A DNA stretch of 64,000 bases from Vicugna vicugna (lineage: Eukaryota): positions 808,001 to 872,000 of the forward strand of contig MU058337.1 in assembly GCA_013265495.1 (NCBI GenBank). Reading direction: 5' to 3'. The first letter of the stretch is position 1. The number at the start of each line of letters is the position of its first letter. Under the pieces are notes generated by a model. It saw nothing but the letters and a program-made list of their open reading frames with translations. It was not told the origin of the DNA and did no database searches. A program made the position numbers and the translations under genes. Below, piece by piece: positions 1 through 12,140 of this stretch.

Positions 1-19
1 ATAAAAGACAAATCTTTAT

Positions 20-170
20 CACTGAAGCCTTAGGGATGGGCGAATCCTTTAAAAGGTGAATGTAAAGACAGAAGTTAAGAGAACTAGGCTCGAATGAAGA
101 GAAACACTGACTTAACGAGGTAGTGCAGGATGAGGGCCTGTAAGAAAGGGAAAGATTTCAAAGAGTAGGA
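20..170 (-). mobile_element. Degenerate L2 LINE fragment
   Basis: Purine-rich stretch (ctgaagcc..gaatgtaaagacagaag..) resembling antisense L2; heavily diverged, recognised from memory only. Confidence 0.35.
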
Positions 171-214
171 GGGAAATTGAAGGGTATTTTGTTTCAGGGT
201 GTCCTTCCAGCCCC

Positions 215-390
215 AGCGGGCAGGGGTTGGTGCCACCCTCGCATGAGTTTAGAAGGGTGGGAAGAGGCGTATTTTGTTGTCAACAGGACAGAACTGTGGA
301 TAATGATGCCAATTGCTTTGCTACACACCAGGCAGTCACACACAGTGAAGAATTGTTCCACCAAATGCCAGCCCTTTTGAGAATCACCGT
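215..390. mobile_element. hAT-Charlie DNA transposon remnant (MER20/MER3-like)
   Basis: 'gcagtcacacacagtgaagaattgttccaccaaatgcc...ttgagaatcac' resembles the MER20/MER3 terminal segment. Confidence 0.5.
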
Positions 391-2539
391 GTACAGAGCC
401 TCGCACGTGGTAAGAGTTTAATAAATTAATGGTTGAGTGAATAAAGTTCATTCATGGGGAACTGAGTGCACAATGCTTATCTGCGTGCCAAGCACCATGT
501 AAGTCTTTAGTAAGTGTTAACCGCTGTGGTTACCAGCATTTCAACGTTACGAAATGTTTCCCTGCTTTCAGATTTAGGTCAAAAGACACTTAATCACCTC
601 TGAGCTCGTTTTCTCCAGGTCTGTGTCCGATTGCTCTCTCTTTCAGTTGTGATCATCTCTCATCTTTCATACTTTATTTCTGGTCATCCAAGGTGAAAAA
701 TCTGTTGAATGAAGAAATGTAAATTACACGGGGAGCCCTGAAACTCTTATACTCTTTTAATCATGATTTTAGAATAGGAAATCCTCATCTAAGTGAAAAC
801 CAATGAGACTGACAATCAGCTCACCAACTGATTGTTTTGCATTTTCCCTTATACAGTATGAAAATAGTTATATTCATTTGACCCGCAAAACGCAACTTCA
901 CAGGTATGATGTGGGCCAGTGTACATGCACTTCAATTTCCTATAATTTCCTTTTGTGCACCTACAATTGATATGCATAATGCTGACTCCAAATGACTATA
1001 AGATACTGAAGAACTTTCACTGTCATTGAAAAATAAAGCCTCATCATTCTAGTGTTCATTTTATTTCTTTAATTTTAATTTTTAATATGTGACATATATA
1101 ATTTTATATGTAAATTATTCCTATTATTGGCAACTTTAACCAGAGTACTCCACTTTTTGAAATGTCCTTTCTCTAACTATAGTTAGATGTAGTTTCAATC
1201 TCTAGAATCAACAGATAGTTAATGTTGACTGAAAAATACCTGATTGTTTTTCCTTAAGCAACTTCTCTCTCTACCTAGGTCTCCTGGTAATATTATGACA
1301 CAGATGCAGTGGGAGAAAAGCATTACTTGGCTGGAAAGCATTGTTCATTTTATTAGGTCATGTGGATTTAATTTTATTTAGTATTTTGATGTTAAATATT
1401 TCTGTTTTGAGACTTTGGTTTCTTTGTCTAGGAAAGAGTTAAAATGGGATCCTTCAGCAACTTTCTCTGTCCCAGCAAAAAGCACCAACTATTTAACAAC
1501 TTAGATTGTCTTCCTATTACTGGACACATGGCCACCCCTTGGTGAACCTTACACTGGGTGCTGTAACCCCCCTAAAAGTGTCCCCGGGGAGCCCACTTCC
1601 CACAAGGACTTCCTTCTAACACAAGATGCTTTGTAAGGCATAAGTTACATTTATCCCAGCTTCAGTTGTTACACACTTCAATGAGTGTTCTTTGAAGTGT
1701 CCTCTATTCTTCCCCCATCTTTCTGATGTGCTGTCACAGAAGAATCCTCATCATGTGCATCTTGCATGTAACACAGCCCCACCGTGACCTCCCGAGAAAT
1801 TGGAATTGAGTGCCCAAGGAAGTTTGCATCTCTTTTTGAGAATAATCTCAAACCTAAAATTCTGTTTGGAGACCAATGTGAACAGTAATTATACTGTACC
1901 TATAACTTGCGGTTGGTTGTAAACACAGATTACAAACTATGACCTAATGCCCTTAACCAGATGTTACCAAAGCTCTCCAGAAGGCACGTTGCAAATTCTG
2001 CACATTTAAGTCTCTACCATCAGCTGAGTGCTGGTCCACTTGTGTGTCTGCTTCACTGTTTTGCTTTCAACTTCAACCCAGTTTGCCTCCCATGAAGGTC
2101 ACTGTGGCCCTTCCTTGTAGCTTGGCGTTCCAATCCGACCTTCATTTCTCCTGTGTATCACTCTGGTCTTGTTATCTCGTATGGTTCCACTTCAAATTCA
2201 CTTTCCCAAATAAATTGCCACAATGTTGAAATGTTCTGAAATTTGTTTAGGATGTTCCATCAAAAAATCATCCTGCTTGTTGAAGAACTCCCCAAAGAAG
2301 CAAATGTACAATTTCGGGCTAACTCAGATGTCTTCTTTTATTCACATTTGGCAGGAAGTGATAACAGGAGCCAGTCACAGCCATGATCTGCTCACAGCTC
2401 CCTGCACTCAGCAGCCCCGCCCCAGCGCTCACAGGCAGCTCACCGGGCTGCTTTTATTTTTTTCTATGAAAGCAGTTATCACCTCTAAAATACCACATAG
2501 TTACTCAGTTGCCATGTTTGCATTTTCTTCTGTCTTTCT

Positions 2540-2650
2540 TTACTGGAATGTGAGCTCCAAGAAAACAGGTGACTTATTTTTGTAACTTGGAGTATTCTAA
2601 GTGCCTGGAAAAGTGACTGACACAGTGCAGCCAGTGAATGCTTGCAGTAC
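2540..2650 (+). mobile_element. L2 3' end fragment
   Basis: 'ctggaatgtgagctccaagaaaacagg...agtgcctggaaaagtgactgacacag...gaatgcttg' is a typical L2 tail. Confidence 0.55.
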
Positions 2651-4629
2651 ACATGACTCGCAAATAGGCTACGAGTTGCTGAAATACGTGATGGTGTACG
2701 TTTCTAGCTTCCCGTTCGCTTCACTTAGGCCTTCGTGGGGCGATGGCCACTCCCCTGTGATTGTCAGACTGTAGATCTGCGGTCCTTACACCTTACTTCC
2801 CAGTAATCTCCAGAGCTCCGTTCTTTCCAAATACATGTGTGAACACCTCAAATTTCATTTCACTAATTTCCCCAAAACTTCTCTCACTCCTCCAGTTCTT
2901 AGGTATTCCCAAATTCCAATATTTGTGTTTCCTTCGTAGAGAATATGTAAATTAAATGCAATCAAAGCCATGTGTAACACCGTAAAAATTGACTACTTTA
3001 TATTTATTTATTTGGGGGAATATTTGATCTTATCTGTTCTGTTCTTTTCTTTCCTCTTCTTTCAATACCAACATTTAATCCTTTAATCTGAAAAGAAGCA
3101 ATAAAAGTAACATATTTGTACAAGAGAGAGAAAATAAGGCAACTGTTTTTCTCATACTTAACAAGACTATTTTATTCCTCAGTTCTTCCTAACATTAAGA
3201 CCCTTATTCCAATGCATCAGATCTTCTCAGCTTTTATTTTTTTCTCATTCTGCATTCTGAGCAGGATTCCTGGGTTGGTTCTGTCTGTATAATGTTCTGC
3301 CTGACTTGGAACTACTCTTTTGAGCCTAAGTTTTGATTCCCTGTTTTTCTACTTAAAAAAAAATTCCCATTAATATTGGAAGAAGTTAGTCCTGGGTATT
3401 GTTGCCAATATTGTCAATATTTTGCTTCTTTCTTTTCCTTTAATTTTTCTATTATATTTTCTCTGTTTTATAAACACATTTTATCTTTTCAAATAAATAA
3501 TTAAGGCAGAACCTTTTTCTAAACATCATCAAAGGCCAGTAGAAGTAGGAGCCAAGATATACACACATATGCACACACACTCCCGCACCCACAGAAACGT
3601 TACTTAAAACTGAGACAGAAAGTAGGAAGGAAGGAGCAGAGAAACAGGGAGGAACACCTTTCTATTTCACACAATGGGAAGAGCGTTTCAGATACCACGA
3701 GGCACCATTCTTCCTCATCATCCAAGAATGTCAGCGAGGTAAAACTTTTATTTATCCAATCTAAGATTATCCAAAACCTTGAAATTTAGCTTTCAAATCC
3801 GGTGTTTATGAAAGAATCCGTGTCCAGTTTTGCAAATTGACAAAAAACAAACTTAAGTGTTTATTTTGGAAAATATCAAGTGACTATCTCAATATTTATT
3901 AAAACTCTCATTAGCTGGTCAGAAATCATAGTGGATGATGCTTCAGAAAAGTCCCCGGGGTGCACAGTTACAAAGTGGAAATTGGAGTGTGTCGCCGTCA
4001 CTACGTGCTAAATTCGATGTGTCTGTTGGACATGGAGACTGTAAAGAGTAGCCGTCACACAGACAAGTTTTTTTCTTTTTTTCCTAAATGTGATTGTCGA
4101 CCACTACAAGATTGCTGACATTACTTCATTATTTCACACAGCATCTGAAGGCTGACAATAACTTGGGAAAGTATCATATGTTAATAAAACGGAGAAAAAC
4201 TAAATTAGACTTAATTGTCAAATTAAATCTTTTTGCTCACTTCATGGCAAGGGCTTGTGTTTAAAGAGGAAGACTCTCTATTTCTTGAGGAGCAAACATC
4301 AGCCTTTTTCTCCTTAAAACCCTACAGGTCATGCCCCGTCACTTCAATTGGCAGAATGGATGTTTTCACTTTGTTTGCAGAACCGCTGAGTTAAGCCATC
4401 CTGTAAAGGTATCCCCTCACGTTCTGCTTAGCTCCAAAGAGTCGATTCGCCCTCCTCCTGGTGAGGGTGTCTCGACATCTTTCACACCCCGGGCAATGCC
4501 TGAGGCACAGTTTCCTTCTAAATCAGAAGAGATACCTATTCTCCCGTCCTCTGAGACCAAAATCAGTCCTCCTCCCCAAATCTGTCTTCATACAGTGCGT
4601 AAAATAGGATCATTTCTCTTGAGTCCAAC

Positions 4630-4740
4630 CCCAGAAATAAGCCTGCCTACCCCGGGAGCTTGTTGTAAGGATGAAATGAGTCAACTGATGGAAAGACCTT
4701 TGCACGGTGTCGGACGTGTGGGAGGCACTCAGTATGCTGA
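4630..4740 (+). mobile_element. MIR SINE fragment
   Basis: 'cctacc...gttgtaaggatgaaatgag...gcactcagta' MIR core and tail. Confidence 0.55.
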
Positions 4741-4934
4741 TATTTAAATGTTCAATATAAGTATGAGTTTGCAAAGAAAAAGTTCTGGTCATCTTTAATT
4801 TTTCTCTCTTTCTCCCCAGTCATCTCTCACCCCTTAGCTTTCCCTCCTTATTATCAACACAAAGGTTCTAGCACCAGGTACCACTCAGCCGTTTGTAGAA
4901 ATCGTACTTTCTCATTTTGGAGCAGTTTTTCTGA

Positions 4935-5080
4935 TTACAGGCACTCTTACAAAAGCGGTGCATTTGATCTTCACAGCTTCCATTTAGAAGGGGTACATTT
5001 ATTTCTCATAGTCTATAAATGGGTAAACTGTTGCTCAGAGAAGTTAAGGAACTTGCTTATGGGGACACAGCTGGCAGGTC
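4935..5080 (-). mobile_element. MIR SINE fragment
   Basis: 'atgggtaaactgttgctcagagaagttaaggaacttgc...acacagct' antisense MIR core. Confidence 0.65.
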
Positions 5081-5859
5081 ACATCTTCCTGGAGCTCTTT
5101 TGAGGATAGGGTCTATTCTTATCTATCACAGGAAACATAATGAGTACGTGTTGCATAAACAAAGGTCAGCTAAACAAAGTTACAACATTATAAAGCATTA
5201 TGTAATATGTAAATATAACGCTCCTAAATATATACACGCCAATCTAAAGACCCACAAGCCAGTTCTGCATAAGCGGTGGGCTGAATTTGTGCTTTCGCAT
5301 ATTTGCAACCAATTGCTATTTGAAACGGAATCTAATTAAATATAAAAATTACATATGTATCAAATTTTTAATTTCATTAACTATTGAAGCTTTGTTAAAA
5401 TATAACTTGCAAATAATTATTTTTATGTTGGGCTTATTCTCATGACAAATAATCATGATATACTCTAAAAAGAGACAAGTTTCCCAAACCCCAATTTTAA
5501 ACTTACTGGCCATGGAAAGTGTCCTTTTTTCTTGGTAAAAGATTTGTTTAGCTCTGCTCTCTGTTTATGAGGCTGATTTGGTGGCTGTTTCTTCCTGATT
5601 TTGTGTCAGTTATGAGATGTGGGCTGTCCATGTGTACTTAAACTTGTGATAATCCACAGCTGGACTTTGCCTTCAGGTGTTTATTTTTGGTGTTGCTTTT
5701 AAGCAACTTGCTCAAGGAAAAATCAGAGTGAGTTTGAAAGATGATAACAGAGTCAGAATACCTAGAGCTGCATCTTATCATCAGCGTCTGAAAGTTAATC
5801 TGCCCCCCTCTCTATTACAGGTGAAATGCGAAGTTTAAGAAAAGTTGAATGACTATATA

Positions 5860-6060
5860 CCAATCAAATATGTGTAACATATAATTATAGGTTATTAATT
5901 ATATAAAACAGTAGAGCAATATACTAATAAAACCAATATACTTATATAAATATGTCAATAATTATATTAATATAACTAGAATACCTGTATAATTATATAT
6001 ATATTAGTGTAATACATGTTAGTATGGTCATTAGGTTATTTATATGATGAAGGCATGTAT
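5860..6060. repeat. AT-rich low-complexity tract
   Basis: Run of tata/atat-rich sequence with very low GC. Confidence 0.6.
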
Positions 6061-7389
6061 GACTGAGCACAGAAATCCAAATATTTGTATCATACAAGGT
6101 AAAATAAAGAGCTAAATCAGTGGTTTCAAGATTTCATAAATCAAGCAGAATTTCCACTAGTGCTTACTTAACGACCTTGAGCATTTTAAAGCAACAATAA
6201 CGAATAGTTATTTTCTTGCTTATATTCGGAGCCAAACATCCCTGTGACTATTTCAAATTGTCAGAAATCATGACAGATACATTTTCAAGTAGAATGGGGC
6301 AGGGTAATTTACTACTCTTTTTTCCTAATTAATGAGCCTAATCCATTTCTATGCAGAAGGTGGCGATTCAGAGGCGACAAGGTGGGCACCACTGTGTGAT
6401 GTGGGAGGAGGCTCGGACACGGCGGGCCAGGCGTCCCATTCTGGGAGCATCCAAGTAACTGAGCAATTTTTGGTCCTCTAGTTAATGCAGGTAGCCATTT
6501 TTCTTATTTTAACTTAGACTTTTCACTTGGCTCTTCAGTTATCTATTCAGCAATGAGTGTGCTAATCATAAATGTAGCAGGTATGCTTTAAAGGAATACC
6601 CAAAATCAAGAGGACAAGACAATTTAAGATACTAGGACCCAAAGTCCCGATTTCCAAGCACCTTCACCACACTAGAGGAAGTGGCTCCTTGACAGATACT
6701 GTGAACTTCACTGTATTGAGTGTTTCTGCCCTTCCTTTCTTTACGGAGGATGGAAAACTAGAACATGCTGGGACAACTTTAAACATTTTTTTTTTAGAAG
6801 AGGTGACAGACTTTTAGACATGCAGGAGCAAGCTCATTAGCTCTGGTTGCCTCAGTTGCTTCTCATGTAACTTTCTTTCCTTAGCCATTAAAAAAAACTT
6901 CTAGCACATACAATACACAAGTCTCCTCCAGGGCCAGTTGCCAACAGACGTGCTGCATTCTAAGTTAATGAAGGCAAGTAAATCTGAGGAAAACCTGTCT
7001 TCCTCCTACATTTTGCCATCATTCGCACAATTAACACCTGCAGTTACCCCGGACCCGCTGACGAGGAGCTCCCTAATAAAATGCTTAAAGTGGGTCAGCT
7101 TAACATAAATTTTACTTGGGAGGTTCTGTTACAATATGAATGATGATTTCGTTTCTGGAAAATAGATTAGAATTTTCACACGCATCCCTTCAGTGTTGGA
7201 TGAGGAACACAGGTACTTTGCACGTGCACCATGGAAGAGCTGCCCAAAGTTAGGACTCAGCCATACCCCGGAAATCCAGCATCCTTACTCTTCTACGTTT
7301 ACCAATAAAAGATGACTTCCCTCATACATTACATATAGTTTCTTAGTTATGTTTTTAAGTTTAAAAATAGATTTAAAAATACTATTAGC

Positions 7390-7935
7390 CAACAATTATA
7401 CTCCTAATTATTTTAGCTATTTAAGAGAAATAAAAACATATTTCCACTCAAAAATTTGTACAAGAATGTTCATAGCATCTTTATTCACAAGAATCAAAAA
7501 GTAGAATGCAATCCAACTGTTTGCCAAGTGATGAGTGGATAAGTAAAAAATGGTTATACATAGAATGAACTTTTATTCAGCAAAATAAGGCTGCATTTCT
7601 GTTGCCTGTTACAACAGGGATGATCCTTGGAAATACTCTACTTATTGGAAGGGGCCAATCACAAAAGATGACATATTTTGTTTTTCTACTTACATAAGAT
7701 TTCTGAAATAGGAGATGTACAGAGACAGAAAGTAGAATAGTGGTTGCCTTGAGTTGATGTAGGTGAACGCTAATAGGTACAGGTAATTCAGGGGAGGAGG
7801 GGATGGTTAATAAGAATGTTCTAAAATTAGATTGGGTGACAGTTGTACAACTCTGGTGACTGTACTAAAAATCATTGAATTGTACACTTGAAATCAGTGA
7901 ACTGTATTAGAGGTGAATTATATCTCAATAAAGCT
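7390..7935 (+). mobile_element. Old LINE-1 3' end (L1MB/L1ME-type)
   Basis: 'gaatgttcatagcatctttattcac', 'agacagaaagtagaatagtggttgcc' and 'attgaattgtacactt...gaattatatctcaataaagct' are L1M 3' UTR hallmarks. Confidence 0.85.
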
Positions 7936-8039
7936 ACTTAATTTTTAAAAATGTACTATCTTGTTTTCAAATTTAGTACATTTGTAAAACACTCCATTGT
8001 ATTTAATATCTAAGACTTACTTAGTTTGGGGATAAGGAT

Positions 8040-10315
8040 ACAGCCATGAGAGCATCAGCACCACCGAAGCCACAGGTACATCCATCACCTCCCAAAGTGT
8101 CCTCTCACCCCTTTATTATTACTATTTTGTGCGTGTGTGTGTGTGTTTGTGTGTATGTGTGTGGTAAGAACACTTAACATAAGGCTTTCCTGCTTAGCAA
8201 ATTGTAAGTATACAGTACGATGTTGTTAGCTAGAGACACTATGCCACTAGACCTCCCTCCAGAACTTACTTCTCTTACACAGCAGAAGCTCTGTACCCTG
8301 TGACCATCATCTCCCCCTGCCCTCCTTCCCCTAGCCTGTGACAACTACCAGACCAGTCTCTGCATCTATGAATTTGACTTTTTTAGATTACATGTATCAG
8401 TGAGATCATGCAGAATTTGTCTTCCTGTGTCTGGCTTACTTCAGTTATAATGGCCTCCAGGTCCATCTATGTTGTCTCAAATCTCAGGATTTCCTTCTTT
8501 TTTAAGGCTGAATAGTATCTCATTGTATGTATATACCACGTTTTATTTATCCATTCATCCACTGATGGACATTTAGGTTATTTCCACGTCTTGGCTTTTA
8601 TGACTAATGCTGAAATGAGGATGAGAGTGTAGGTGTGTCATGGAGATTATGATTTCAATTTCTTTGGATAAATACCCAGCAGTGGGATTGCTGGGTCACA
8701 TCATAATTCTATCTGTAATTTCTTGAGAAATTTCCGTACTGATTTCCACAGTGGCTGTGCCAGGTCACATTCCCACCCACAGTGCACCAGGATTTCCTTT
8801 CCTCTACTCTGTTGCCAACACTTGTTTTGTTTTTCTGATGGCAGCCATCCCCGCAAATGTGAGGTGATGTCTCACTGCAGTTTTGCCTCGCGTTTCCCTG
8901 ATGATTAGAAATGCTGAGCAGCTTCTCATTCACCTGTTAACCGTTTGTGTGTTTTCTTTTGGGAAATGTCTATTCAGGTCCTTTGTTCAATTCTTAATTG
9001 GGTTATTGGGTTTTGGCTATTTTTGTTTTTTTATTTTGTGTTTTCCTGTTGATCTGTAGGAGTTCCTTATGTATTTTGGATGTTAACCCTTCATCAGATG
9101 CATGGTTTGCAGATATTTTCTCCCATTCCGTAGGCTGCCTTTTCATTTTGTTGATTTTTTTCTTTGTTGTACAGAAATATTTCAGTTTCATGTAATCTCG
9201 CTTGTCTGTTTTTGCTTCTGTTATCTGTGCTGTTTGGTGTTATGCCTTAAAAAGTTGCCAAAATCAGTGTCAAGGGGATTCTCCTCTATGTTTTCTCCTT
9301 GGCGTTTTACAGTTTCGGGTCTTACATTTACGTCTTTAATCCATGCTAAGTTGGTTTTTGGGTGAGCTGTGAGACACAGGCCCAGTTTCATTCTTTATCA
9401 CGTGGACGTGCAGCTTTCCCAGCACCACTGATGGAGGAGACTCCCCTTGCCCTAGTTAGTCCTCTTGGCACCTTTGTCGAGTCTGAGATGACTGTGTATG
9501 TGTGCATTTTTCCTGCGCGCCCTATTCTGTTGCGTTGGTCTGGGTCTGTCTTTACGACAGTACCGTACTGTTGATCACTGTAAATGTATTCTATAGTTGG
9601 AAATCAGGAAGTGTTACGCTCCCAACTTCGTTCTTGTTCCTCAGGTTTACTTTGACTAATCAGTCTGTTGTGATTCCTTATGAATTTTAAGATTGTTTTT
9701 TCTATCTCCATGAAAAATGCTTTTGGTAGTTTTTCAGGGACTACGCTGAATCCATAGATCACTTTGGGAGGTACGGACGTTTTAACAATGTCAATTCTTC
9801 CCTGAATATAGGGTGTCTCTTCACTTATTTGTGTCTTCAAATTTCTTTCATTTATGCTTTATATTTTTCAATGTACAAATCTTTCATCTCTGTGGTTAAA
9901 TTTATTCCTAGCATTTAATTTATTTTGGTGCTATGTGAGTGGGATTGTTTTCTTAATTTCTTTTTCAGATACTTTGCTGTCAGTGTATAGAAATGCAGCT
10001 GGTTTTTGCATATTGATTCTCTGTCCTGTGACTTGCCTGAATTTGTTTGTGAGTTCTAGCAGATCTTTGATGGAGCATTAGTATTTTCCGCACGTAAGAT
10101 TATGTCACCTGCAGGGACAGTTTTATTTCTACCTTTTTGATTTGGATGCCTTTTATTTCTCTTTCTTGCCTGACTGCTCTGGCTAGGACTTCCAGTACTG
10201 TGTTGAATAGAAGCAATAAATATCCTCGCTTTGTCCTCGATCTAAGAGAAAAAGTTTTTTGTTTTTCACTGTTGAGTACGTTAGCTATGGTTTGTCATAT
10301 ATGGACTTTATGATA
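8040..10315 (-). mobile_element. 5'-truncated LINE-1 (L1MA-type) with degenerate ORF2 C-terminal half and 3' UTR
   Basis: Minus-strand peptides KLKYFCTTKKKINKMKRQPTEWEKISANHASDEGL (9003-9191) and GRIDIVKTSVPPKVIYGFSVVPEKLPKAFFMEIEKTILKFI (9604-9840) match L1 ORF2p. Frameshifts and stops break the frame. 3' UTR motifs lie at 8.1-8.6 kb. Confidence 0.95.
8128..8163. repeat. (TG)n microsatellite within the L1 3' UTR
   Basis: Imperfect tgtgcgtgtgtgtgtgtgtttgtgtgtatgtgtgtg. Confidence 0.85.
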
Positions 10316-10884
10316 ATGAAATAAGATCTAGTGTATTTTTTAAAAACGCATTATTTAAGGAAAAATGTAGTAATAGATATGGAGCGGTTTGATTTCAGGG
10401 AAATATAACTAAATATGACTACATTTTCTTAAATGAGTTCAACTTAAAGGCATTTCTGGCCTAAGTTGAATTTTTACTTTCTCACATATTCTGACATCAT
10501 AAATCAATAAGAACAGCAAAAAGTTTCTCCAGGTTTGAGATCTGGCATGGTGAAATGTTTTACATCATAATTGTTCATAAATAATGTCAGTGCAACAACA
10601 CTGAACATGCTTGAAAGACTTTAGAATTGGTTTGAAAAATGAAAATTTTTATATATCAAATAACCTACAAAGAAAATTGTATTATCATAAGTTCAACCAG
10701 TATCTGTTGAACCTTCACTATATATCCAATTGCATTTATATGTCACTACGTGAACCACTCAGGAGACAGCATTCTCTCTCCAATGAGATTTCGATATGGT
10801 GGGAAAACAGATTTGTCCGTACATAATTGAGATGTTAAGACTGAAGACAATTTCTCAATCATGTGGTTATATCAAAGTTGATAA

Positions 10885-11770
10885 CTTTCGAATTTATATG
10901 CCCAGTTCTGGAAACTCAAGACTCACACACCTAGTGACATACCAGAAACCTCCAGCTGGACACCTAGGAGACACTTAGAGCTTCTTATGTACCCAGTGGC
11001 TCTTTTCATCTCCTGCCCACCAGACTCACTCTCCTCTCCATGTTCCCCAGGGCCTCCCCATCCCTACTCATCAGGTCTCACTGATGGAAGTCACATGTGA
11101 CTTTTTCTTTCACTCCCACATCCAATCCAGTCCGTCAGCAGACCTGCCATCCTACCTCCACATAAGTCAGGCTCTGATCAGCTCTTACCTTCTTCCCAGC
11201 CGCTCTCATGTCTTACCTGGACCCCTTCCAGGAGTCACCTCTGAGCTCCCTGCTTCTGCCCCGAGCCTCCTGCTACCGTAACCGGAGGGATCCTTTTTAA
11301 CAAAAAATCAGACCGTGTTGTTCCCACATCAGCCCTCCTCGGTCTCCCTCCGCGGTTCGAGGAGCCACTCTTCTTTGCCCTGAAGGTTGCTTCCCTTTCC
11401 TGCTGCGCTCAGTCTCCCCAGTGCCCTCGACATTTATCACAAGTGCTCTGTTTGCTGGAACATTCTTCCAGTCTTTGCCCGGTGCTGCCCTCGCCCCAGG
11501 CCTCGCTCTGCTCCCTTCCTGTCACATGCTCGAAGCCCTTCCGGGGCGCCAGTCCTGCCCTGTGCCCTGAGCCCTGCAGGTCTCCTCCCCAGCCCTGACA
11601 GCTCCCTGCAGTTCTGTCACATTTGGCTTATCTGTGTATTTCCTGTGTTCCCTGTTAATGCATACCCTCTCTGCGTGCAGGGACCTTGTTTTGTTCAACA
11701 CTGGCTCTCTGGGCCTACAGCAAGGCCTGGCCAATGCAGGCGTCCATGAGTATCTGCTGAGTAAGCAAAG
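10885..11770 (+). mobile_element. L2 LINE fragments
   Basis: Pyrimidine-rich L2 motifs ('cactcccacatccaatcc', 'gggatcctttt...aaatcagac', 'ctggaacattcttcc'), ending in an L2 tail ('cagggaccttgttttgttc...ggcctggc...gagtatctgctgagtaa'). Confidence 0.7.
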
Positions 11771-11964
11771 GTGTCAGGAGAGCGTAACTAGACGGTGGGC
11801 TCAAAGCAGCTTTGCCCAAGATGACCTTTCCCCTCCGCACAGAGTGACAGGAGGGGGCAGTTAGAATGGTGCCAGGTGCAGTGATGGTATTAGAAGGCAA
11901 AATATGGAGAAAGGCCTGAGGAGCAAGATATGTTGTATTCAGCAGAAAGAGGAGTTTGGGGGTG

Positions 11965-12140
11965 AGACTAGTGCATGGTATAAATGGTATAAAACTGAAA
12001 GCTAAGTTAGGGCCAGATTTTGGAGAGGACTTCAGTGTCAGTATCAAGAACTTTGGACTTCAGGTTATAAACAGTATGTAAATCCATTAAGGGATACGAA
12101 ACTGAACAGTGATGTGGTTAGGCCTTTTTGATAATAAATT
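11965..12140 (-). mobile_element. L2 fragment
   Basis: 'gggccagattttggagaggac...aagaactttggactt...ccattaaggg...agtgatgtggttagg' antisense L2. Confidence 0.55.

Noticed and set aside
4331..4747. 138-aa ATG-initiated ORF
   Set aside because: No recognisable homology, and it runs into a MIR.
8709..10081. Protein-coding gene from the clustered ORFs
   Set aside because: The peptides are broken L1 ORF2 remnants or their antisense frames.
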